From: Cyanophora paradoxa CCMP329
Taxonomy: Eukaryota > Plantae > Glaucophyta
Length of the DNA stretch: 64,000 nt
NCBI GenBank assembly: GCA_004431415.1
Contig: QPMI01000560.1
Location: 1-64,000 of the forward strand
Direction of reading: 5' to 3'
Shown here: positions 12,801-22,583 of the stretch, in pieces
How positions within the stretch are numbered: the stretch's first letter is position 1
Layout: each line of letters opens with the position of its first letter
Position numbers and translations under genes: made by a program
The notes under the pieces: model-generated
What the model saw: the letters and a program-made list of their open reading frames with translations, nothing else
Database searches by the model: none
What the model was told of the DNA's origin: nothing

Positions 12801-13115
12801 AGCCTGGCGGACCAGTCCAAGACCGTCTTCCACCGCTTCCCCGTCGGCACCCGCTACGAGGGCCAGAAGTTCGCCATCGCCTTCGCCCAGGCCGCCGAGA
12901 AGCTCGACGGCGCCAAGATCATCCCCCTCCAGACGCAGCAGGCCATGCAGCAGCAGGCGCAGCTCGCCGCGCAGGCCCAGGCCCAGGCCCAGCTCGCGGC
13001 CCAGCTCCAGGCCCAGGCCGCCCACGCCCAGGCCATGGCCGCCGGCGCCGCGCACCCCATCATGACCCCCGGGGGCGCCCTCGCCTCCACCCCCGACGCC
13101 GCCGCGGCCGCAGCA

Positions 13116-13146
<31 letters not shown>

Positions 13147-13361
13147 ACCAGCTGGGCGGGGCGGCGGCGCTGCAGCAGCAGCAGCTGCTGATCGCGCAGC
13201 GGCAGCAGCAGCTCCTCCTCCGCCAGCAGCAGTTCAACGCCCTGCCCCCCGAGCAGCAGCAGGCCCTCGCCGCCCAGTTCGCCGCCCGCCGCGCCGCTCA
13301 GCTCCAGGCCGCCCAGGCCGCTGCGCAGCAGGCCGCCCAGCAGGCAGGGGGGCAGCTCTAG
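9874..13361 (+). CDS. SPT20: SAGA complex subunit Spt20-like, with C-terminal Gln/Ala-rich tail
   Basis: SLIINLYPRGFS, PYDRTTRDFLRTLDAGRLPP, FYDGCLILEIRDFR, RILRP, EQRIL..TAEPLCLEP..VSRIANILHFN match the Spt20 SEP domain. PolyQ/polyA at 12940-13360, TAG at 13361. Confidence 0.85.
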
Positions 13362-13553
13362 CGGCCCCGCCACCCTCTCCTCCCCAGCCTCTTCCAGCCC
13401 GCTCGTCTCCCTCCCCCGCCTCCTCCGTAGCTCCTCTCGCTTTCCCGGCCGCTCCCGCACCCTGCCCGCCCTCCTCCGGCCGCTGTACCCGTGTACTTTG
13501 TGTAAAGATTTCAATATTCGTATCGACAACGCGCTGGGGGGCTGGCGCGACGG

Positions 13554-14741
13554 TCAGGCGGACATGCACTTGCAGGCGCGCTGGATGGCGGCGAGGGGGC
13601 CCTCGCGCGTAGCCTCCCACAGCTCGAAGGGTCCATTGTTGTCCGAGTAGCCCACCTGCGCGCCCCGCCAACCCCGGGCCGCCCCGTCGCCTCGAGCTCA
13701 GCCGGGGGCGACCTGGGGGGCGGAGGGGAGGCGACCTGGCTCCACTGCCCGGTGATGCGGCCGTCGCCCGCGAGCTCGCCCTCGTAGAGCAGGCTGTGCG
13801 CCCCGTGGTAGTTCTTGTACATCCGCACCACGCCCGTCCCCGGGTTGTGCGCCCCCACGATGCTGAACGCCCTGCGCCCGCGCCCCGCGCGTCGGGGGCG
13901 GCCGGGGCCGGGGGCCGCGCAGGAGCCCACCCCACGCTGTCCTCCCCCTCGCCCTTCACCTCCCCCTCCGGAGTGATGCCGAACTGCAGCTGCAGGCCGG
14001 CGCGTTGGGGGGAGGGGGGAGGGAGAAGGGGGGGGGGGGGGAGGGGGGAGGGCACCTCCATGTCGCCCTGTACGCCGTCGGACATGCGCCAGAAGCCGCG
14101 CCAGCGGACGGGCCGGGGCGAGGGCAGCGGCTCGCTCGCGGCCTGCACGTCCCAGAGCTGGAAGGGCCCCACGTGGCTCTCCACGTCGACCTGCTTCCAC
14201 GTCCCGACGATGCGCCTCCCGCCCACCATGTGCCCCTCGTAGCGCAGCGTGTGCAGCATCGTCTCCCCCTCGCTGCCGGCCAGGGCGATCCGTCAGCCAG
14301 GCCGGTCACGGGCCGCGCCAGAGCAGTGACTCGACGCATGCGCACTGGTACGTCTTGTTCCTGCAGCGGGCCCGGTCGGCGTTAGTGGGATCAGGGTGTG
14401 TGCGCGCGCGCTGGCGGACGCTCACATCTTTACGTCACCCGACTCGCTATCTGTGCAGCAGTGAGTGAGAGAGAAAGGCGCGGCGCGTGGTCCGTTCGGA
14501 CCGTATCGCCCGTCCAGTTTGAAGGTGCCCACGGAGTCGGAGCCGGTGCCCTTCACTTCCGAGCCTGCAATCGTCAGCTGGATCTGCGCGATAGTATTCA
14601 GCTGCAAAGATACGGGGATTCGATAGAGCGCGCGAGCCCGCGTACGTCCATCGCTCCGGACTCGCCGCTGCTTGTCCTCCACTGGCCTCCCCAGCGCTTC
14701 CACTGCAGCTGGGCCGCGTTGGCGTCGAAGCCCCCGGTCAT
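13554..14741 (-). CDS. Protein of two tandem ~100-aa uncharacterised beta-rich repeats, C-terminal CKCMSA
   Basis: Repeat 1: WGGQW..MDIQL..VKGTGSDSVGTF..VKMNKTY..HTLRYEG..IVGTW..GPFQLW. Repeat 2: WRGFW..MELQL..VKGEGEDSVGAF..VRMYKNY..HSLLYEG..ITGQW..GPFELW. ATG 14741, TGA 13554-13556, in-frame introns. Confidence 0.8.
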
Positions 14742-15026
14742 CGCGACCAAGTTGACAAGCTGGAGCTCGACGAGCTTGGTAGTCCGAAAGAAGCAACGAG
14801 CTCGCCTCGGAGTTGTGGCTTCAACTGCTGGCTGCAACTGCGCGGCTAGCAAGAGCACGGTAGCCGAGTTCGCTATGCTAGGAGCCCCAGTTCAGCGAAG
14901 AGGACACACGAAAGGGGATACGACAGCCACAGGCGTCATCGTGTACCCACTGTACCGCCGCGCGAATTTCGCCCGCGAAAGCTAGCTCCCTGCCCCTCCA
15001 GCAACGGAATTCAGCCTGTCGCACGC

Positions 15027-15400
15027 ATGAGTTCAGAAGAAGAGCGTGATCTCCCCTCGGCGAAGCGTCCTCGACTCAGCGTCGCTGGACGAGCCCCGTC
15101 ACTTTCGGACGCCCTTGGTCGGCTCTTTCGCACCCTCCCTTCTCTCGGATCAGTGAAGTCAGCGTCAGCTTCTCTCGGTGGCTCGCCACAGCGATCGCAG
15201 CGGGCGGAAGCCGAGCGAACGTTCGAACACGGCCCAGCGATGCGCTAGGCGCCCTAGCACAGTTGCAGCGGAGCAGCGGAATCCGGCTTGTCTTTTCGAG
15301 CGGCGAGGGTCGATCAGAAGGCAGCTGCATGCGAGCAATCCAGCGTCTCTCATTTCCATGGAAGACTTCGGGAGCGTTTGTCGAATTCGGCAGCCGCTGA
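15027..15400 (+). CDS. Possible short hypothetical protein with NLS-like PSAKRPRL (structure uncertain)
   Basis: ATG 15027 MSSEEERDLPSAKRPRL. A plausible GT-AG intron (~15117-15192) extends the frame to ~15400. Divergent from the gene starting at 14741. No recognisable family. Confidence 0.3.
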
Positions 15401-15685
15401 GCCGCGTCTGTAACGCATATCGTGATTTCATTAACGGTGGCTTGGTTTTTGAAGCGTAGAAAGCTCACGCTAGGTAGGTAGGTATCAATGAAGTTCTCCC
15501 TTGTTTGCTTCGGCTATAGCTTAGTTTGGCCGGGTTGGCCATTTACATGGCCTGCAATTTTGCCGTGCTCGCTGTCATTCTGAACAGTCGTTTCTGCAGT
15601 TCATCTGTAACCTCTGTACATGTACCAACTTTACATCTCTCCCGCCGCTGCGCGCCAGCTGGGAGAGGCCCACGACGGCGGGCCG

Positions 15686-16960
15686 TCATCGCTTGGCCTC
15701 GTAGCGCCGGATCTCCCACGTCTCGCCTGCGGGCGGGGCCCCGGGCGCGATGAGCGGGGCCGGGGCGCTGGCGGCGGGGCGGGAGGGGACCGCGCGGGAG
15801 GCGACGCGGTGGGCGGAGGCGAGGGCGAAGGCGTCGTCGATGGCGGCGCGGGGCACAAAGGCGAGCGCCGGGTCCACCACCTGCGCGCCGTCGGCCCCGG
15901 CCGGCGGGGCGGGGCGGGCGGGGCGGGCGTCGGGGGCGATGGCGGGGGCGTGGTAGACGGAGAGGAGGAGGGTGTCGACGGCGCGCGCCGCGTGGAGCTC
16001 CCGCGACGTCGACGGGCCCGCCTCCACCGACACCGCCCCGCACCCCGCCTGCCCGTCGAGATCGGGCCCCGCCCCCGCCCGGGGGCGGGGCGCGGGGGCG
16101 CACGGCGCGGAGGTAGGCGACGGCGGCGGCGATGGAGGGCCGCTCCGCGCCGACCACGCGCACGTGCCGCAGCTCCCGCTCCGCCGCCGCCGCCTGTCCC
16201 CGTCAGCGGCGGCCTGGCGCGGCGCGGGCGGGCGCGGCGGGCACCTCGAGGCGGGGCGCGGCGGCGGCGGGGCAGAAGAGGACAGGGACGATGGGCCGGT
16301 CGGAGGCGGCGGTGAACATCGCGTGCGAGAGGAGACCCGCCGGGTCCTGTGCCCGCGTCAGGGCCGGGGGGCGGGCCGGGGCGGGGGTAGGGGGCGCCTG
16401 GCCGCGGGTGAGGACAAGGACGAGCTGGGGGCCGGTCTTGCCGAGGGTCCGCACGCGCCAGTCCAGCAGGCCCTCCGCCGCCGGGCCCGCCAGCGCGTAC
16501 CGCAGCCGCGGCTCCTCCCTGGGGCGTCCGTGAGGGCTGTGGCGGGCGGCAGACCTCGAACTGAGGGCGGCGCACCGGAGGTTCTTGCCGCTGGTGACGA
16601 TGCCGTCGGCGAAGGCCCGCACGTAGTTCAGCACGAAGAAGTCTGCCGGGGGGGGGTCTGGGTGGGCAGCGGCGGGGGCGCTGCGGGTCGGGGCGGGCAC
16701 CGTGGTCGGAGCGCGGCGTCCGCTCGCACTGCCGCAGCGTCACGTACTCCGAGCCGTAGGGCCGCCCGTCCGTCCCGGGGTTGACCTGAGAAAGAAGAGG
16801 GCCGCTTGCCTCAGAGCGGTGCATACATGCGGGCGGGGCGGCGGGGCGGGGCGGGCGCCTGCCAGACGGCGCTGACGTGGATGATGCCGGGGCGGAGGGG
16901 CCGGCCCCCGAGCAGCGCCGCCGCGAGCCGCGTCACCTGCGATCGAGGGCCGCGTCAGAG

Positions 16961-16993
<33 letters not shown>

Positions 16994-19602
16994 GAGAGAG
17001 CGCGCGGACGTCGTCGGAGGAGGAGAGGACGGGGAGGAAGTCGGCGTCCGCGGGGAGGCCGCGGCCCGCCCCGCCCCGCCCCCGCCGGCGCCTCCAGCCG
17101 CGGCATCAGCGCCTCCGCCTGCGCGCGCGCGGCCCTCAGCGCGCGTGCGCCTGGCTGGCTGGGCGGGCGCGCGTTCTGGGCCTGAATGTGCCGCAGGGCC
17201 GAGGAGCTCTGCTGCTCCTGCGCCCCCGCGCTGCGCTCCCCGGGCGGGAGCCCGCCGCTAGAGCCGAGCTGCGAGCGCAGAGGCGGAGGTCAAGGGTGCT
17301 GGGCGAAGCGGTGAGGGGCGGGGCGGGGCGGGGCGGACGGCGACGTGGGCGAGGGCGGGGGGCAGGATGGCGGAGCGGAAGAAGAGGTAGGAGCCGGCGC
17401 GGCGCGCCGCCAGCGGCACCACGCTCGGCGTCGCCCCGAACTGCAGCAGGAGGAGGTCAGGGGCGAGACGTCAGCAAGGAGCCGAGGGCGCTGGGGCGGG
17501 CCTGGAAGGCGGCGCCCTCGACGAGAGAGGGGCGGGGGGAGCCGGCGGCCGCGTGGGCCCCCACCACCACCGGGCACCGCCTGCCCGCGCCACGCTCGGG
17601 CGGGGCACGCGGGGGCGGGGCCGGGGCGGGGCGGACGTGAGGAACTCCTCGGCGGGGATGCCGGAGCGGAGGAGGGAGCCGTAGACCTGCGGGCCCCCCT
17701 CGCACAGCACCGTCGCCGCCTGCCCACAGCAGACTCAGGTGAGCGGGGCCGAGCTGGCGCGGCGGGGCGGGGCGGGGCGGGGCGGGGCGGGGCGGGGCGG
17801 ACGCCGTAGTCGGCGTGGAGGATGCGGGCGAGCTGGCGCCAGTCGGCGCTCTCCTCCCCCAGCTCCAGCACCTCCATCGGCCTGCGCGGAGCAGGCGGGG
17901 CGATCGGTCCGGGGAGGCAGGGAGGGACGCGGGGGCGGCGCCGGCGAGCGGACCCGGAGCGGGTGTCGTAGAAGCGGGAGGAGCGGAGGCGCTCGGCGCC
18001 GCGGCGCGTCGTGGCGACGACGACGTGGACGTCTGGCGGGGCGGGGCGAGGGGAGGCTTGGAGGGAGCTCGAGCTCCGAGGGGCTGCGGGGGCGCCCAAC
18101 GGACCGTCGCGGCGGAGGACGGAGGCGTCCCTGGGGATGTCCCCCTCGGCGGACATGAAGACGTGGAGGGGCACGGGCCGGCGCCCCTCCTCCGCCCGCA
18201 GCGCCTTGAACTCCCCATCGTCGTCCGGGAAGATGTGCTCCGGCACCTGCGCGGGGCGCCCGGCTCGGCGCGGCTAGGCTTTGGAGGCCCAAGGCTTCCG
18301 GCGGGCGGGCACCAGCATGTGCTCGGGGTGCGCCCGGAGCGTGCCGTCCCCGATCACGATGGCGTCGGCGCGGGCGCGGAGGGCGGCCATCAGCCAGCGG
18401 TCGTGGACGGAGGAGTTGGTGATGTGGTGCCCGCCCGGCGGGTTGACGAAGGAGATGCGCCCGTCGTGCGCCGCCGCGAAGTTGACGTAGACGTAGGGGC
18501 CGGTGGCGGGGTCGGCGGGGACGCGCCAGTCGCCGTCGTAGAGGCGGCGCATGGCGGGGGGCAGGGAGAGGAAGCGGGTGGCGCCGTAGTCGGGGAGGAG
18601 GCCGCGGGCGGCGGCCGGCGGGGCGGGGCCCGCCGTGTCGTCGAAGAGGGCGGAGAAGGCGCGGCGGCCCTCCGCGAAGAGCGCGTTGCACTCGCGCTGC
18701 AGCACGCCGCCCACGACGGCCGCCTGCGGGAGGCCCCCGCGCGCCTGCGCCGCCACCGCGTCGGCGGCGATGTCGATCTGGTCCCACCCGACCAGCCGCA
18801 GGTACGGGATCGACGTCCCGAAGACCACCAGGCGGATGCCCGCCCACATGATCGCCGCCATGCTGCCCGCTGCGTCAGGCCGGCCGGCGCCGCGAGGACG
18901 GGGCGCCGGCGGGGGGAAGGTTGGGGGGCGCGCCACATGGGGCAGGGCTCGGCGGTGGTGTAGAGGGCGAGGTCGGACCAGTCTACGCCAGGGTACTTGG
19001 CGGCGCAGGCGCGGATGGCGGCGACCTCGCCGTGGAGCGTCGGGTCGGCGCGCGAGTTGTTGACGCCCTCGACGAGCACCTCACCCGTGCTGCGGCGCAC
19101 GACCACCGCCCCGAACGGCGCCTTCGGGTTCCTCTGCCCAACTTCGATCGCCAGCCGCATGTACTTCTCGTGCACCTCCCGCGCTGCGCCCCCCGCCGCG
19201 GCCGCCGCCCCGCGTCAGAACCCCGCTGTCAGCGCAACGGCGCCGCAGGGGCCGGCGTATGCAGGGGTTTCTGGCGGCGCTAAATGATCTAAGGGCATTG
19301 CCGACGCCTGTGCGGCTCGCGCCACGCGGGCGGGCTGACCGGCCGCGTACGTAACGACGGCCGCGGGCGGAGCACGAACCAGAGTGGCTTGGCGCGGCTC
19401 GTGGAATGACCTCAGCCGACCTTGCATTCATGCTGCGGACGCCGGGTTGCAGATGCGGGACCGGCGGCCGCGTGCAGGCGCCCGAAACCGAACCCGGCGG
19501 CAGGGGACCGCGCCCTGTCGCATGTGTGACGTACGTCGCACGTACGGCCGCGCCGAGGGCTCTGATGGCCGCCGAGCGCCGCCTAAGCGAGGCCGACAAC
19601 AT
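15686..19602 (-). CDS. Fusion of Zn-dependent nucleoside/nucleobase deaminase + RibD_C/DHFR-like reductase + second divergent RibD_C-like domain; possible organellar presequence
   Basis: Deaminase: YMRLAI..PFGAVVV..DPTLHGEVAAI..YTTAEPCPMCMAAIMWAG..GGVLQRECNALF. Domain 2: PYVYVNFAAAHDGRI..DRWLMAALRARADAIVIGDGTLR..LCEGGPQVYGSLL..EEFLT. Domain 3: IIHVSAVW..DFFVLNYVRAFADGIVTSGKNLREEP..VSVEAGPSTS..VDTLLLSVY. Start may be 19602 (MLSASLRRRSAAIRAL) or 19298. Confidence 0.8.
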
Positions 19603-19643
19603 GGCGGGGGGAAGAAGGACTGGCCGGGTATGCTGAATTCGAA

Positions 19644-21171
19644 ATGGCGGCGGAAGAGGAGCACACAGAGCCGTCGGCGAGCTCCTCTGGAGACGGAGTC
19701 GCTAGCATGTCGGGCTTCATGACCGTTTCCGAGGCGTACGATCGGGCCCACTCGCTCATGAAGGCCATCGACGGCAGCGGGCCGCCGGACCCGGCGGCGC
19801 GCGCCAAGCGCCTGGAGGCCGCCATCCGCGCGTTCATTGACGTCGAAGTGATGATCGACCGCGCTGCGCTTTTCTCGCGCAACGAGACGATGGACGATGT
19901 GCAGACGAACTGCATCAAGTGCGCGCCTCCGCCGCCGCTCGTAATCGCGCCGCAGTTAGCCTTGGCCGCTGCTGATTAGAAGCCGCCAGGTTTCTGCTCG
20001 TGCCCGCTATCCTGGCCGAGCTGGCGCTCAAGAACAACGACCGCGTCCGGCGAGTGAAGACGCTGGAGCGCGCCAAGGTGCGACTCTGTCGCGCGGTACG
20101 ATGCAGCTCTATGGCGCCGACCGTGCCGGCGCGCAGGCGCTGTACAGGCGCTTCCTCGCTCACTGCGACGAGCTCGGCATTCTGGAAGAGGCGGTGCGGC
20201 TGCGGCGGCCGCGCCGCGGGTGGCGGGGCGCGGCCTCACGGGGCTGGGGCGCGGTTGCAGGACAGGAAAGCGTTCAGGCGGGAGACGGAGGGGGACGCGA
20301 GCGGGGTGCGGGAGGAGAAGATCGAGCGGTTCAAGCGGGACCGCGTCGCCCAGCAGAAGCTTGCCGTGCGCCCCCCCGCCCGCCCCCTGCCCGCCGCCCG
20401 GCCGGCCCAGCGAGCCGCAAGAGGCGCACGCGAGCCGAGCCGGGCGGCGCGCAGGAGCTGGCGAGGAGGAAGGGGGCGCGGGCGGCGGAGGGGGCGGAGG
20501 GCCCGGACGAGGAGCTGGAGCGGGAGCTGTGGACGATGCTGGTGCAGTCGGCGTGCCGCAAGGCGCTGGACGAGACGCGCCTCATCGAGCAGGAGCGGAC
20601 GATGCTCGTCGAGATGGAGAAGCTCGACCCCGAGCGCTTCAGGGCGAGCCTCTCCATGGCCCCCGGCGCCGCCTACAACGAGCAGCTCCGCCGCGACGAG
20701 GCCAGCAGCAGCAGCAGCGGCGGCGCGGGGAGCAGCAGCCGCGGGGGCGGGCGGGGACAGCGCCCGATCCACATCACGGACGCGGCGGGGGCGGCGGCGG
20801 CGGCGGCGGCGATGAACGCGGTGATGAACCGGCGGGAGGAGATCCGGCGGGGCGTGATCGTGCAGGAGCGGCAGTACCTCTTCCCCGACGAGGTCCCCAT
20901 GGAGACCCTCCTCCGCGGCGGCCGGTCCGCCGCCGCCCGCCCGCCCCCGCACCCCCGCCCGCCCGCCCGCGAGGGACGCCGCGCCGTGCCGGGGGGCGCT
21001 GAGGCTCCGCCCCCCCGCAGCGTGCTCTCGGGGGGCACGGAGCCGAAGAAGGCGGAGGAGGAGGAGGACAGCGACCGGGAGGAGGTGTCGGACCGGAAGA
21101 CCCTCAAGGCCCGCAACTGGGACGACTGGAAGGACGAGAACCCGCGCGGCGCCGGCAACACCATCCGATAG
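19644..21171 (+). CDS. TAP42: PP2A regulatory subunit TAP42/TAP46/alpha4 (IGBP1)
   Basis: LFSRNETMDDVQT..IK|FLLVPAILAEL, REEKIERFKR, KARNWDDWKDENPRGAGN. Confidence 0.93.
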
Positions 21172-21550
21172 GCCCCGCCCCCCGCCCCCGCCCCCGCACG
21201 CGGCGGGCCGCGTGGGAGGATGCGATTGCCGGCGAATGCAGCGCCCGCTTGAAAGCGCTCCAGCCCGGGGGCGAGAGTCCGGGGGGAGGGGAGGGGAAAG
21301 GGGGGAGGGGGGGAGGGGGACGAGCTCGAGGGGGGAGGGGAGGCCAAGGCGCGGACGTCGACGGCCCGGCGCCGGGCCCCCACTCCGGATCCGCAGATCT
21401 AGATCTAGAATCACGATCGCGACGGGCGCTGCGATTTGCCAAGTTGTATTAACATACACTAACGCACTCGGTCGATGTCTGACGAGCTATGCACAGGGTC
21501 GGTACCGGGGCCGGGAAAAAGCGAAGAGGAGCAGGGCGGCGTGCCCTGCC

Positions 21551-22349
21551 CTACTTCGACTCGCCCTCGGCGGCCTCGGCGGCCGCGCGCTGCGTCGCCA
21601 GCTCCCGAGCCCGCTCGACGGCGTTGTTGTACTTGTACTGCGCGGCGCGTGAGCCGGGGCGCGCGGCGGGGCGCGGAGCGGGGCGCGGGGCGGAGGGCGC
21701 CTGGTCATAGACGATGCCGCCAGCGATAGCGCAGAGAGTGAAGCCCTGCATTCCCACACGCCACCGCATCATCGTCTGCGCGCCCCGCGAGCGTCAGCGC
21801 CGCCCCGCGCCGCCCCGCGCCGCCCCGCCGTCCTTTCGCAAGCGGCCAGCGCTTGCACGGCGGGAGCGCGGTCGTGGCGTGTGGCTGGGAGCAGGCACTT
21901 GGGACATCGTCTGATTGCCCACGCGGAAGTAGTACAGGCCCGTCGCGAGCACGCCGGCCGTCGCCAGCGCGCCTGGAACCCGCTCAGCCGCCGCCGCGTT
22001 GGCGCGGCGCTCCGGCGCACCGAGAGGGACAAAAGGGTTGTCCTTAAGGCGCCGTATTATCCGCTGCTTGGTCGTGAGCTGGCTCTGCGGCGGGCGCACG
22101 CGCGTGACTCAGTCGTACGGGTGTCGCACACTCGGGTCGCCGGCGTCATGCGTGTCATTTCCTGTGCAATCTAGATGTGCTACACGCACAGCGCTGCGGC
22201 GCAAGAGCCGGAGGCGGCGACCGGAGGGCGTGCCGCGTGCTTTTGCGTACCTCGCGGTGCGCCAAGTGCAGCTCGGCGCGGTACCTCTGGTACTCTTCCT
22301 CCGTCATAGTCCCACCGCTGCCGCTTCCGCTGGGTCCTTCGCCTCCCAT
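21551..22349 (-). CDS. HIG1-domain mitochondrial protein (RCF1/HIGD2-like)
   Basis: KQRIIRRLKDNPFVPLG|ALATAGVLATGLYYFRVGNQTMSQ|TMMRWRVGMQGFTL; two TM helices. Confidence 0.88.
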
Positions 22350-22583
22350 TGTGTCTTGCGTGCTTTACTGCTCTACCCCTCCCGTGCTCGTGCCCCCATA
22401 TCGGTTCCCTGACCTGCGGCTGGCCGCAAGCGGCCTGCCGCAAGTTTTCGAGCGCTCGAGTCGGCTGCCCGCGCCCCCGTTTTCGAGCGGCGCTCGCGCA
22501 TGCGCCGGGGCGCCCGACGTTAATCGCGCACTCTCCTCGAGCGCACCCGGCGCCCGGCGCCGCCAGCACGCCGATCGACAAGG

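Noticed and set aside
17760-17800. (GGGGC)n and poly-G tracts as G-quadruplex or telomeric elements
   Set aside because: A generic feature of introns throughout the window, not locus-specific.
15686-19602. Annotation as canonical riboflavin RibD
   Set aside because: The deaminase motif spacing (PCPMC, PFGA) is not RibD-type and there are two reductase-like domains.
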